Below, piece by piece: positions 1 through 13,815 of a stretch of DNA of 64,000 nucleotides. A model generated the notes under the pieces. It worked only from the letters and a program-made list of their open reading frames with translations. It searched no databases and had not been told where the DNA came from. Both the position numbers and the translations under genes were made by a program. The stretch comes from Utricularia gibba (taxonomy: Eukaryota; Plantae; Magnoliophyta): the NCBI GenBank assembly GCA_002189035.1, contig CM007989.1, forward strand, positions 6,882,001 to 6,946,000, written 5' to 3'. Numbering within the stretch: position 1 is the first letter of the stretch; every line of letters begins with the position of its first letter.

Positions 1-43
1 TAACAAGAAAAGGATGTACTGACCAAATGACGGACAGCTATAC

Positions 44-964
<921 letters not shown>

Positions 965-1112
965 CTCAAGTCGCCGCCGAGTATAACGCACTGCAGGATT
1001 GGGAATGCGGAACTTCGTCCGCGCAGTCACAGGATTTATACTTCAAAAAATGCGCACAAAAATTTCACTATCTGATGGCGAAAAATCGACCACGTAACAC
1101 GCCGTGAATATT

Positions 1113-1340
1113 CCACTTTCCAACACTCCAAAGCCTTTATGGGTACTAATGGGATTGATGACTACTGAGATTCGAATATTTAATAAATTTAAAAAAATTA
1201 AAAAAAAAATTCAACGCACAATAACTTGCACACAATCCATAACCCTAAAAATTCCAAATCCCAACACTCCAAAGCCTTCATGGGGATCAATGCGACTGAT
1301 GACTACTGAGATTTCAATATTCAAGAAATTTGATGTTATA
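1113..1340. repeat. Two diverged direct copies (~90 bp, ~140 bp apart) upstream of mMDH
   Basis: Both copies share CCAACACTCCAAAGCCTT...TGATGACTACTGAGATT (starting ~1119 and ~1260). Confidence 0.8.
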
Positions 1341-3069
1341 AATTATTAAAAAAATTAAAAATTAGGATGCTAATCCCTTTCCCTTGGTTTCACAGTTCAA
1401 AAACATGTTCTCCCCATTACAGGTGAACATAGAGGCATGGCCTATTTCAGCTGGAACTATAAAGAAGCTTCCTCCTAATCCAATCTTCTTTGATATATTA
1501 GAAGAGCATTCTGCATTACTACCACTCCATGGAACAGTTGAATGAGGTTCGAATTAGCTACAAAGAGATGCACACCTAAGGCCATCCAAAATGAAATGCA
1601 ATACTGGAAAGGCAGCAGTATAAGGAGGATAACATCGGCTCAGGCTTGTGGTTGTGTTTGTGTGTGTAGGTTAGTGGCATTTCTATCCCATGGAGCGGGA
1701 GAGATATAAGAAACAGAAGACAGGTCACAGAGAACAAGATATTAGGAGACAATAACAACACAATGCAGCTGCCAGATCATGACACCACTAGTGCTAACTA
1801 ACGCCAACGCAGAAGTGGCAGGAATCAAGACACGTTCATTTTGATTCTGCACTCACCGGCAACCCTTCTTGCCTTAATTTCTCATTCTTCCAGAGGCAAA
1901 AATACAAAAGGAAAATAAAGGAAAAACAACCCTTTTATGAAATGATTGCAGGAAAACTCCCTAAGACTGAACACCAAAAAATCACATGCTAGATAGATGT
2001 AACTTCATGAGATTGAGAGACAAATCCGCTTAATGATAAGGCTCCATCTTTATATACCCAAATGAAAAAGAAAAACAAGCCATCCGAACTCCTCCGTTCA
2101 CAATAAAACTAACTTAGATCAAGACATGAAAGTCAAACCAACATATGAGAAACCTCTTTCAACAGCCAAAGGTTAATAATGATTTTTTTTTTTGGAAACT
2201 TTTCCACAACTCTTGAGATAAGCATCAATGAAATTAACAGCTTCACATCAAAAGTGTGCCTGTTAAGAACATACATCTGTTGACTTATCTTGTGAAATGA
2301 ATACAAAAAAGATGGATCACTAATGACAGAACAAAATCATCCACGGAAGCCATACTGATGGGGTTCAAAACAAGAAACATTCTTCATGGAATGGAGAATG
2401 GCACGTTTCAATGGATGAATGCTTGGAATACTCAATTCATAAGGAGAAAAAGAGTTGAAAAACGATTAACACTTACTCAAAATACGAACAAAGATGAGGG
2501 AATAAAAAAGCGAAAAGTGAGTACGACAATCCATCGTAAGCCGAATTAATGCACTAGTGCTCTTCCTTCATCCCCAAACTTCATTCTTTTAGGAATTTTC
2601 AGAAAGTAGCTCAAGACGCTCTAATACAAGTTATCAGAAGCGATAACATCACAAGTCTAGAAGTGTAGATCAAGCCATATACATCACACATCAAAATCAT
2701 CAAGCCAGATTTCATGTTGCCTGCAAAGTTACTGAAATGATTAAGGCCACAGGAAAAAAAACTACCAAAAAATATTAATGCAATATCGCTTCATACAAAA
2801 ATACATCAGTGTGCATCACTGCATAAGCAGGTTAAAATATTGCTGAAAAGAAGAGGTAGCCTAATGCATTTGCAATGCAACAGACAACAAACCAGGTATC
2901 CATTTTCAAAACATGCTGCCACAAACAGAACCATTGTGGTCTGAACAATACTTTGTTAATGCATTTTCCAATGCTACTCCAAAGAACAGCACCAAATAAT
3001 TTTTAGAGTAGAAATTGAAAGGCCAATGGAAACCATGCCAATCATACCATGAACACCCAACAAGCCGAA

Positions 3070-3232
3070 GATCATCAATCATACCATGTAAAAAAACATA
3101 TAATAAGGTGAATGCAACCTTAACACGGCATAACATCTATCTCAAAGAACACGGATCATCATCACATCATGTACAAAAAACATATAATATGGTGGATGCA
3201 ACATGCGTAACATCTATCTCAAAGAACACAGC
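3070..3232. repeat. Tandem duplication of ~80 bp in the region downstream of the UBA2c CDS
   Basis: CATGTA(C/A)AAAAAACATATAATA.GGTG.ATGCAAC...TAACATCTATCTCAAAGAACAC occurs twice head-to-tail. Confidence 0.85.
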
Positions 3233-3722
3233 AGACTTGAATGGCAGCCACCAGCTGAATCACGTTGAGACAGAAGCCGTGAATACCAGACACAGTTTTG
3301 CGTACATAAATTCTCATAATGCAAGACATAACGAGGTATATGATTCTGCATTCATTACTAAATTTGGAATATAAAAAGACTGCAGACCAACATTTCACTG
3401 AATTGTAGTGCAGTAAACTTTAAAGAATCAAACACAGCTCATCGTCATGTAATGATGATATTGGAACTAGAAGATTCTATCAAAGTCAATAAAACTAAAA
3501 TCATGCATTCAGGTCTATTAGATGTCTGAAAGAATACCAAATAATGCCTAATTGTAATTAGTGAGCGAGCCATTTAATCCAACTTTCAAAGAAATACAGA
3601 TTGAACAACACTGAAAAAAATGCAGTTGAACATAAAGAAGAGATAAGAAATGCACAGAATAAGCAAAAGAAATAGAAAAGAAGATGAAGAAAATGAAAAA
3701 TATTGGGTACGAAGAAACTACC

Positions 3723-5084
3723 TCAATAGTATGGGTGCATTCCCTGGAAAGCACTCCCAGGGAGGAGTCTGGGAGCCGATAATGCGCCAGCTGGTTGACC
3801 AGGAGGCACACCACCATTCGTCAAGCCATAGGGTGCTAGTTTATCTCCAGGTGCAGTTACACCAGATCCTATCCCCAATCCATATAAAGACGGCACGCGT
3901 CCACCACCTCCCATGCTTGTTCCTCCAGCGGAAGCACCTGATGTAGCTCCTGCTGCAGCATATCCGCCCATTGATCCACCACCTAATGCTGAGAAAGAGC
4001 CCAACCCACCTGCAGGACCACCAGACACACCACCTAACATTGTGTATGCAGCACCTCCAGAACCCCGAAAATTAGAACCATTGGGATAAGGACCACCCAC
4101 TCCAGATGAAAATCCATTACTCAATCCCAAATTCGGTCCTGAGCTTACACCTCTAGAAGCTAATAATCCTGTGCCGCCAACAGGGACTGTGCCAACAGCA
4201 TCAGAATACACACCATATGGAACATTAATTCCCATCGCTGGGCCACCTGCCATGGTTGTCCCAGTAGCATCTCCATTGCCCTGGCTGCCCCCTAGCACCC
4301 CAACCGGCCCAGCAACAACAACAGTAGGCTTACCTCTCTTGCCATCAATAGCTAGTTTGCAATTCAATTGGTGACCATCAATATTCTTAACTGGATCCAC
4401 CAGGGATGCTCTTGCAGCTTCGACAGTCTTGTAAACAAACAGAGCAAACCCTTTCGATTTGCCTGTGGCTTTATCAAACCCTAGTGGCCCCTCTTCAATT
4501 TCCCCATACATGGAAAAGTGCTGAAGAAGACGCTCAGAAGGCATGTCATACGGTACATTGGCTACATATATCTTCCGCAACGACACATCCACGGAATTCA
4601 CACCACCAACAACACCAACCCCAGCTCCACTACCCCCCGAAACACCAGCAGCTGCAAGCTGCGTGACCGTCATCCTCCCATCAATTTTTTTGCTTGGATC
4701 CTTCAAAGCCATGACTGCGCCATCAACATGCTTGAAGGTTATAAACCCATAACCTTTGGACTTACCTGTCACCTTATCCAAGATGACTATAGCTTCGTCT
4801 AACTCGCCGTATCTCGAGAAAATCGTACGAAGTTTTTCAGTGGTGGTTTCCCAACCCAAACCGCGAATAAAAAGCTTCCTCTGCGTAATATCACGGTCCA
4901 CAAACGAACGAACAGCATCGAGAACGTCTGGGTGACGGAGAAGCGCATTTTGGATAATTCCCAAGAGGTCATCTTGGGTTAACTGCTCGACGATTTTCCG
5001 AGCATCTTCGGGAGTAAGCATGCCCACAGAATCGGTATCAAACGCTCCGTTTTCATCAATTCTACGCTTCTTGCTTAGGTCCAT
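3723..5084 (-). CDS. UBA2c: UBP1-associated protein 2C-like hnRNP (two RRMs plus Gly-rich C-terminus), single coding exon
   Basis: 453-aa ORF from ATG 5084. RRM1 has [13 protein letters not shown] and [10 protein letters not shown]; RRM2 has RKIYVANVP and [10 protein letters not shown]. Gly-rich tail ends MHPYY. Confidence 0.93.
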   Translation of the reverse strand: MDLSKKRRIDENGAFDTDSVGMLTPEDARKIVEQLTQDDLLGIIQNALLRHPDVLDAVRSFVDRDITQRKLFIRGLGWETTTEKLRTIFSRYGELDEAIVILDKVTGKSKGYGFITFKHVDGAVMALKDPSKKIDGRMTVTQLAAAGVSGGSGAGVGVVGGVNSVDVSLRKIYVANVPYDMPSERLLQHFSMYGEIEEGPLGFDKATGKSKGFALFVYKTVEAARASLVDPVKNIDGHQLNCKLAIDGKRGKPTVVVAGPVGVLGGSQGNGDATGTTMAGGPAMGINVPYGVYSDAVGTVPVGGTGLLASRGVSSGPNLGLSNGFSSGVGGPYPNGSNFRGSGGAAYTMLGGVSGGPAGGLGSFSALGGGSMGGYAAAGATSGASAGGTSMGGGGRVPSLYGLGIGSGVTAPGDKLAPYGLTNGGVPPGQPAGALSAPRLLPGSAFQGMHPYY

Positions 5085-5639
5085 CACAATTCGAACGCGT
5101 CTACAAACCCTAATTCAGAAAGCAGGGGAAAGAAAGAACAGCAGATAACCGGATTAGAGAGAAACGTTTGGAAAACAAGAAATTGAAAGAATTAGAAACC
5201 CTCTCAAAAGAGTGAAAACTAGAAAACAATTAATTGAGAAAATTAAAAAAAAAAGGAGAAAAAGCAATATTCTATATTATAAATTAGCGTTATTCAACAA
5301 AATTTACCCGATTTATTATAATATAATAAATCCAGTTCAATATATGAAAAATATAAAAAAATAAAAATAATTATTTAAACTTTAAAATTTTTTATAAAAA
5401 AATATTGATGAATGGAATGCCTTTCAAATTTAATCGAAATTGAGACTGATTTAAATTGAATAATATATTCTACGAAATGTCTAGAGGCTTCTGGATTGGC
5501 TTGCCATTCACGTTTGGTCGGAGATATTTATTCAGCTCTAACCCTCGCCGTTCCTTCATCTCTCTCGGTGTTCTGCACGTCTTCGATTTCCATCGGAGCA
5601 ATCGTTGAAGTTTGTCGGAGTCGCGGATAATCACTATAT
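5085..5639. promoter_or_regulatory. Short divergent (likely bidirectional) promoter between UBA2c and MBF1, with a telo-box AAACCCTA at 5105-5112
   Basis: Head-to-head start codons 555 bp apart; the telo-box is read directly from the sequence. Confidence 0.6.
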
Positions 5640-6669
5640 ATGGCGGGAATCTCACAGGATTGGGAGCCGGTGGTGTTGAGGAAGAAGGCGCCGACCGCCG
5701 CAGCTAGAAAAGATGAGAAGGCTGTCAACGCAGCCCGCCGCGTCGGAGCCGAGATTGAGACAATTAAGAAATGTGAGTTTTCTGTTACGATTCTTCATTT
5801 TTGTTTATGGAATTGAGATTCCCTGTTGTCTTCCTTTTTGGTCTTCGCTATTTTTGTTTGTGTCTGTTGCTGCTCTTGATTGTAATCTGTTGGCTTCCTT
5901 GTTGTTGTTTGGCTAATTTCATGGGCTTAAGCTTCAATTTCTTCAGATGAAATCATTTCTAGGTTTGAATTGTGCTACGGTTTGTTTGCTGCTGTCTTGT
6001 CCAAGTCTATGTAAATCACCTTTCTTCTCTGCTCTTTCTTGACCCTGGCGTTGCAGCCAACGCTGGGACGAATAAGGCCGCTAAAAGCACCGCCACTCTG
6101 AACACCAGGAAGCTTGACGATGACACTGAAAATCTATCTCGTGAGTGCTAAATGCTTCTATTTTTATTACATTTTTAACTTTCGTATGCTGTTGAAGTAA
6201 TCTCTGTCAGCGCACGCTTCCATTTGACATCATTCACTGGCCAAACATTGTTATGCTCTCTTTTCCTTGAAATTGATGGTCTCGGATGTAAAAACTCACC
6301 CTGCCCCCACCAAGTGTACTTTTTGATTGTTGCATTTTTTATGGGATTGATGGAATCTGAGCTTGCGTTGTTAAATGTGCGCAGATGACAAGGTTCCTTC
6401 TGAAATGAAGAAAGCTATAATGCAAGCTCGGATGGATAAGAAACTTACCCAAGCTCAGCTCGCTCAGGTTTGCTTCATCCCCAAACTCGTCTACCTTTCT
6501 ACCTACATTCACATCCTCCCATTTCGTCAACTACGTGGCTGCGTTGCAGTTGATAAATGAGAAGCCGCAAACAATCCAAGAATACGAGTCAGGGAAGGCA
6601 ATTCCAAACCAGCAGATCATCACCAAGCTCGAGAGAGCATTGGGGGTAAAACTGCGTGGAAAGAAATAG
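5640..6669 (+). CDS. MBF1: Multiprotein bridging factor 1 (MBF1a/b type); exons 5640-5772, 6057-6140, 6385-6467, 6550-6669
   Basis: Spliced product [18 protein letters not shown]...[28 protein letters not shown]...[47 protein letters not shown], with canonical splice sites. Confidence 0.96.
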
Positions 6670-7249
6670 GGAATGTTTCAACAATGGCGGCCTTGATCTG
6701 ATCGATCACCGGTGTGCGGTTGCTGCTCTGGAGCCCCTCCTGCTTGTTGTCTCTGACTCCTAACTTTCCACACCATCTCTACAGTACTTCTGCAGCCCAA
6801 ACCTACTGTTTCTGATTTCCCCAGCTGCATGTAATAATAACATATTTCGTGAACTTGTCTAACTGTGTGTACGAGCAGTGTATCGCATAACTAGCTTGCT
6901 TTGGAAACCCCTCGCGGGAGAATGATCTCCTGTCTCGCCTTTGTAAATTAATTGGATGGATCGAGTATGGTGCTTGTAACTTCAATTAAATTGCAAGTAT
7001 CTCAGTTGATAAACAAACCAAAAAAACACAATTATCATAAACTTGTGCTCAAATACAAATAAAGCAATTATATATACTTGTAAATCAAATAAATGTTCAT
7101 CTTATACCTCCTCTTAAAGTCCAATATAGTACATGCATGCTGATCTCCCAAGAGTTCACAACGAAAATGAAAAACATATATATCATTCCCTTTTGATGCA
7201 CGCATTAGTACTTGTCTCAAGGGATGAAGGTGCAAGGTGGTAAGGGATT

Positions 7250-8260
7250 CTAAGGAGAGCTGCCCCTAGGAGGTGGAGGGCTTCATAGCTGTAACCTTCT
7301 TGGATTAGAAGGTGGCACTCGAAATAAAGGTAGAATTGTTTCTCTTCTTCTATTGTACAGTTTCATGTTGGAAGAATTTTTGTGCATGATTGGTAATTTG
7401 TTGTGGAGTTCTTGTGATAATGTACTTCCTCGAGACCTGTTGCCACTTCTCACTCCCACACTCCTCTAGTGCATGCATAAGCCATTTGCAACAGAAAAAA
7501 GTGGAACAATGATATCAGCACAACATCAATTGGGTTACTTACAACATGTATTCTACATTTTGATTAATGAAGAGTTGATACACACACAACCAAAAGGTGA
7601 TATAACAAGTTTATGAGATGTGAACTTGTGCTCCTCATCAGACAAGGTGATTTTCTTTTCTCTTCACCTCTGCTCTTTTCTTTCTTCAGATAACATCTCT
7701 TGTTTTCTATACCCATTCCTAGGAACCTTGAAATTTCCTCCCAACTGTAGGATTCTATGACGCTGTTGCCTTCATACGTAAATTGACTCACTAGGCTTGA
7801 ACTCTTCAGACTAGCATCTGTGGGTGGCTGATCGCCTATAACCCAACTGCCACTCTAATGTAGCAACGTTGAAGCATTAACTTCATAAAACAGACCTTGT
7901 GGATTGTATGATTCTTGCATTTGGTGATTCCTAGTAAAGCCATTGGCTGTCAATGTTTAATTTCATGCATGCATACCAGGTGTTGTATTTACAAAAGAAC
8001 GAAATACTACTTTGGTTGCTATAAAGTCTGGTGATCCCTTCATTGTTATACTGATTGGTATCCCAGTATTCCATGTAATTGGCATTGGGAGGGAACACAT
8101 TGGTCGGCAAACTACCCTCGTTGCCGTAAACCTTGATGATCCCCTAAAAGTTATACTGGTCTGCCATTTGATATTCCACACAGTTAGCATTGGGAGGAAA
8201 CACATTGGTCGCCAATGGTGCAGCAGGCATAATGGAGATCCCCCATGCCATGCCACTATC
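7250..8260 (-). pseudogene. SHAQKYF-class single-repeat Myb (SANT) pseudogene, copy A of a tandem duplication
   Basis: Remnant reads SYSWEEISRFLG...ITLSDEEH / ...KWQQVSRKYIITRTPQQITNHAQKFFQ*. It has a frameshift near 7700, in-frame stops, W>L in the W-S-x-E-E-H motif, and an acceptor mutated to TGCAA at ~7486. Confidence 0.8.
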
Positions 8261-10040
8261 TTGCACCTATAGATATGGGAAAGTTATACGTAGAGATACA
8301 ACGACATCCCAAATTCATAACATCCATTGATCAAATTTGATCTCCATTTATTCTTAGGTGCATGTGGGCTTTGAATATAGCATCAATACTCACTGAGGAG
8401 AATGCCACCAAAACGGAAAGTGTTGAAAAGGGCTCCGAATGTGAGCTATGTTGTTCAAGGTTGCCCTTATCTATGAAGGCTGTTGAGGATATTTAAACCT
8501 TCCAAACACGGGAAAACAAGAGCCACAAATGCTCTACAATGAATAAATAAGAAAAAAAATGGAAATTTTGGGCGTTGGGCCTTGACTTTAGCTTTGCAAC
8601 CCGTATATGAAGTCCAATTCATTCTCACCCATTGAGCACATTAATGCAACGATCCCATTTGTAGTAGCTAAATAATCTGTATTTTTTGTTTCATTTTTTT
8701 TTAACGAATTTTTGTTTTAGATTGAAGATGAGTTGAAACCAACCCAAAAAGGTATCTAACAAAAATCTAAACCGATTCAGTTCAAATTGGTCACAACACT
8801 ATCAAAAAAATAAAGCTCTTTCTAAGACGATTCATTAATTTCTATAATTTTTTTGATTTTATTATGTTTTAAAAATGATTTTTTAATTTCCTGTATTTCT
8901 AAAATTTAGTTTTTTAAACAAAAATATTTCATATTTGATAATAAAATTACATAAAAAAGAAGATGTTTCAAATATATTTTTAATTATTCACTTTATAACA
9001 ATATTTCCAAAGACCACAACATTTTATTCATATAAAATCATCACTAGAATGGAGAACATATCATTTTGATGCGAATATTTGAATCATGAAAATGATCATT
9101 CATTTTATTTTTTCGAAAATAATATAACAAGTCTATTCATATAAAATTTATGAATCTTTTTTCTGTGAATAACATGATTTTTATATTAAATCATCATAAA
9201 AAGGAATGGTACACATTGTTTATGTTATTTTATAATTAATATCTTCCAGTACCTTTAGATGATAAATTTTTTTTATATGAAATCAACTATTTAATCCACT
9301 AATAAAAAAAAATTAACCCCTCGATGAAAAATCCAAGTTTATGATGATTTTCGAAATTTTCAGGAAATGTTTCTACAATTAGTTTCTGGTGAAATAAGAT
9401 AAAAAAATAAATATTTCGAAAATTGAACTCAATCCCACTTATTGGTGATTTAGTATGATATTAATTATCTTAAATATTAATTTATTTAATTTACTATCTA
9501 AAAGATAAATTTAGAATAATCCTTTTTCAAAAATAGCTACATCCCCCAAGACCATGATAGGTAGCCAACCAATGCTGGTTGCCCACGCCTGACATGTGGG
9601 CTACGATTTAACATGAACAAAGATACGAGTAAAACTGCATGGAAAGAAATAGGGAAAGTTGTCCTCCTTGTTGTCTGTGACTCCAAGTATTCCACATCAA
9701 CTTTTGCAACCCAAACCAACTCTTTCTGATATTCCCAGCCGCAAGTAATAACAACATATTCCAGCGGTGCCCCAGGGCCGCAGCATCGGCACCCAATTCC
9801 CTTACTGTTTGTAGTCTCCAATAGCAACTCGCATATCACGCCACAATTACCAACATATTACAGACATTGGGTGGATTCTGAAAGTCAAATATAATATATG
9901 TATGTTGGTCTCAAAAGTTCACAACGAAAATCAAAAACAAATGTGACGCAGGCATCGGCACTTGTCCCAATGGATGAAGGTGCTCCATGGCACGGGATTG
10001 CTAGAGAGAGCTGGTGGCAGTGGAATTTTAGTGCCACTCC

Positions 10041-11113
10041 CTAGTAGGTGGAAGGGTTCATGGCTGTAACCCTCTTAGACTGGAAACTACCCCTCGGAAT
10101 CGAGGTGGAACTCATTTTGTTCTTCTGTTGTGCAGCTTCACGTTGGAAGAATTTCTGTGCATGACTGGCGACTTGCTGTAGAGTTCTCGTGATAACCTAC
10201 TCCCTCGATACTTGCTGCCACTTCCCTCTCCCGCACTCCTCCAATCCACGTAGGAACCGTCTACAACAGAAAAAAAGGAACATCACATCAGCACAACTCA
10301 CTCAGAACTCCTAATTGGGTTCACAACACAGACCCAAAAGGTGACATAGTATCAAATTCTAATGGAGTAAAGCGTTAAAAGAATGTAACGAGTTTATCAA
10401 ATATGAACCTGTGCTCCTCGGCAGACCACGTGATTCCCTTTCCTCTTTGCCTCTGCTTTTTTCTTTCTCGAGATGGCACCTCGTGTTCTACGTCAATTCC
10501 CAATAACTTGGAAACCTCTTCCCAACTGTAGGATTTTATAACACGACTGATCCCCCATGCAGTGCTAGTGTCTTCCACCTGAAACCATGTTGAAATGAAA
10601 AGTTATCCAATTTTATAACATCAATAAAAAAAGGAACATATTTGAAATCAAGTTCTCAATATACCATCGATACTCACCGCATAGGAGGAACTCATCTCCG
10701 GAAGCGCCGGCAGGACTGTGTTTTCAACATGACTGGACATCTCGTGGATGCTTGACATGTGCTGTTCTGAATCGTCATCATCCATTTCCATCCAGCTCCG
10801 AATGGTTTGCAAGTCCAAAGGTTTTACGGGCTCTGAGACGCAGCCGCCTCCATGCGCATCGTATGAATTCTCCAACCCGAGTAGTGCTCGCTGGAAACCA
10901 CTCTCCATTTCTTGTAGATTATTTGATTCTTGCTGTTCCTCCTCCTCCTCCTCCAGCAATCCATCTGATTTCGTAATAACCGCAGCAATAAAAACAGAAA
11001 CATTAAAGACTAAAGAGTAAAGGGAGTATTCCCTAGTCCCACACAAAGACACACCCTCACAACGTACCAAGAATCCTCATCCAATAATATCTGTCTCCGT
11101 CAGGGTTTTCCAT
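10041..11113 (-). pseudogene. SHAQKYF-class Myb gene, copy B; exons 11113-11068, 10964-10678, 10578-10409, 10260-10041; one premature TAG at 10199-10197
   Basis: All splice sites are canonical and in frame. Product reads [49 protein letters not shown]. Confidence 0.8.
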
Positions 11114-11627
11114 TGGATTCCAGAGGCAAATGCTGATGTTCAAGATTCGAAAATAATCAGAACAGATGAAGGGAATGCCATTCCAATGGGAAACTTTAAA
11201 TCATGAAAAAAAAATTCCTCTTCCCGCCACCGAAACAAATACGTAAAAGGAATTTTCTCCCATACACATCAACCATCGATCAAGAAGATAACTCTACCCT
11301 TTTAAACCTAGTTGTTCGAAATATCCGAGGAGCTTGTTCTTGGCGCCAAAACGAGAAATCCAGTAGAGAGAGACAAGTTGACGAAGCCACTGCCGATGCC
11401 TTCTTATTGAAGTTTCTATTTTTTTTTTAACTCAATTGGTTGGTTATTAAATCCAAGTGGCTTCATAAATTTTTTTTTTTTTTACTGGCATCCACAAATT
11501 ACATATTTTATTAAAATTTGAATTTTGAAAAGCTTCATAAAAAGTATCATCTTTATTTTTTTAAAAAAAACTATTAATTCATATAATCATATATCAATCT
11601 TTTTTTTTTCATGTGAATATTATAGTA

Positions 11628-11661
11628 TATATATGTATGTGTATATATATATATATATATG
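11628..11661. repeat. (AT)n/(GT) microsatellite
   Basis: Directly visible TA dinucleotide run. Confidence 0.9.
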
Positions 11662-12047
11662 TAAAAAAATATAATTATTTTAAATATTAAATTTTATTTT
11701 AATATATGAAATATAAATATGGTATGACTTCGGGATCCTATCAGAACTCTAGACAAAACTGTGATTCACTTGTTTCCCATATGATTCGAATCCACGTGAA
11801 CACAGATATTTAGTATTACAACACACTCATCCTGATTCCAACAACTGGCTAAAACACATACACAGATTCTTAGCATATCATGCCAAGGTTAACAGCTGAT
11901 CTTCTTGCACATTCCAAACCATCAAGGTAAGATGTATACATGGTGTGCAATCAAAATGACTGCATCGGATATTACATGGATCCGGTGACTTGAAGCTCAA
12001 TCAATCTCTGCTTCACCATGAGGGTTATCTGATACTGATAATATGCA

Positions 12048-13815
12048 TCATTCACATGCCAGTTTGGTGCCAAAACTTGTGAGGCAAATGGCGAATGCCT
12101 GGAAGGTGGAAAGAGGATGTCTGTAGTCCATGGTGAAAATATCATCCCCAACTTTCCCAAACTGCAGAAGAACAGTTTCGTCATGCCCCTTCCAATCGGG
12201 TTGACTTGGATCACATTGTTCCACCAGCTGAAAATTCTTGACTGATGCAACAGTCACCCTGCCATGGAAATTCAAGCACCAACATTGTAAGTTCTCGTGC
12301 CATCTGGGGGCCTTGTTTCTCAAGACTGTATACTCATCGGAATAGGATTCCCCGTTTTTCATTTTCAGGGCATCTTGATATTCCTCGTGTACTACCGTGT
12401 GGGAAGATGGGAATTTGACTGAGCAAGCCATCCTTCTAGGACCTCTTGACTTTAGTAAGTTAAATTTGTAGGAGACTGTCCCGACTTCAAAGTTACCAAC
12501 TGGTACTTGGGGACTTATCTGTTTGTTTGCAACACGTCGGCCAGACCTACTACTGGATGGTTTAGCACCATTATATGGCGGTTGACTGTCATATATCACA
12601 AAATTAGTGCCAAGGAAGTCCGATCTGCCAAAAGGGAATGAGGGGTTAAGCCAAACATCATTCAATGAAGGGATAATCAGAGGGGAATGTTAACCTCAAC
12701 TTTCCTACGTAGGCTTTGCTTCCTTGAGAGAAATCCCCAGCATCAAGAGATATAATATATTCCGTGTTACTGCTGTTTCTGCAACGTTGGGCAGCAAGAA
12801 GAAACTTGCCTTTGTCCGTGAATGCTGTTTATAAAAGGAGTAGGTGCAAACATCAGCAAATTGTGGATGATGGATAAGAAAGCAGCTTGCTCAGGTATGC
12901 TTTATTCCTTCCTCTTGAGGATATGAGATATAATATGGCTATCAGCAGTAGAACCATCACCAGTAATGGCATACCCGAGCTTGGATATTGCAAGGAAATG
13001 ACAAACTTACGTGACGTAAGAGCAAGATAGAGATAAAAGGATGCCTTCTTCTTGTCACGCTTTATAATGCATTGAAGGGGAGAGTCCTCTGGCCCTGGCT
13101 GCATTACATGTATAAGCTGATCAATTGAACAGTTGCACACAGTAATCGAATGCAACAACGTTGGACAAAAGCCACTGATACAAATCAGTTTACTTTCCAA
13201 ATCACAATCCGGGTAGTCATCATAGTTTTCAAAAGAAGACACAAACACAGGGCTTTTCTCCCTCAAGTTCACAAAAAATGATTCCTAAAAAGAAAGTAAA
13301 AGAAAGGCATGACAGAGCGCATAAGTCACAAAAAGCGATTCCCAAAGAAAAGATTAGAGCCTAAACTCGAATCACATGAACATGTCCCAGGAATCAAGCA
13401 CCCTAACCTTTTTGAGAGAAGACGGAAGCGTGATTCTTCCTGGATTATCAATAAGAGCCTTATTAACAACCTTCAACGTCGCCTCCCTCCATTGTTTACA
13501 AACGCAGCCGCCAACGACAACGTTTTTGCGCTCCGGCCACTTATCTTCACTAGCTTCGACTCTTTGTAATATTTCACCCAGCAACTCCGGCAGCATACCA
13601 GCCCATCCCGCCGCAAAAGAATCTCCGTTCTGCCGCCGCGTCTCCTCCAGGCGCCCATCAGTGGCGACGCTTTTATCCTTCCTCTCATCTCCATCAACTC
13701 CACTTGAAGAGACCACCGATTCCGGTCCGGAGAAACTCATATCCTTGCAAGGCTTGGGGATCATAAGGACACGATGCATGATCCTTCGCGAGAGACTCGA
13801 GCTCCTCAGAGACAT
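12048..13815 (-). CDS. TLP7: Tubby-like F-box protein (TLP7-like); exons 13815-13408, 13098-13011, 12824-12695, 12624-12048
   Basis: F-box region [17 protein letters not shown]...CVCKQWRE. Tubby domain has [49 protein letters not shown] and the C-terminus [15 protein letters not shown]. Confidence 0.95.

Noticed and set aside
1164-1180. TGATGA...CTGA resembling snoRNA C and D boxes (also at ~1297)
   Set aside because: The boxes are only 3 nt apart, with no room for a guide and no terminal stem; kept only as a repeat.
8402-8476. Mini-ORF MPPKRKVLKRAP..., reminiscent of retroelement gag starts
   Set aside because: Only 24 codons, with no LTR, PBS or other retroelement domains nearby.
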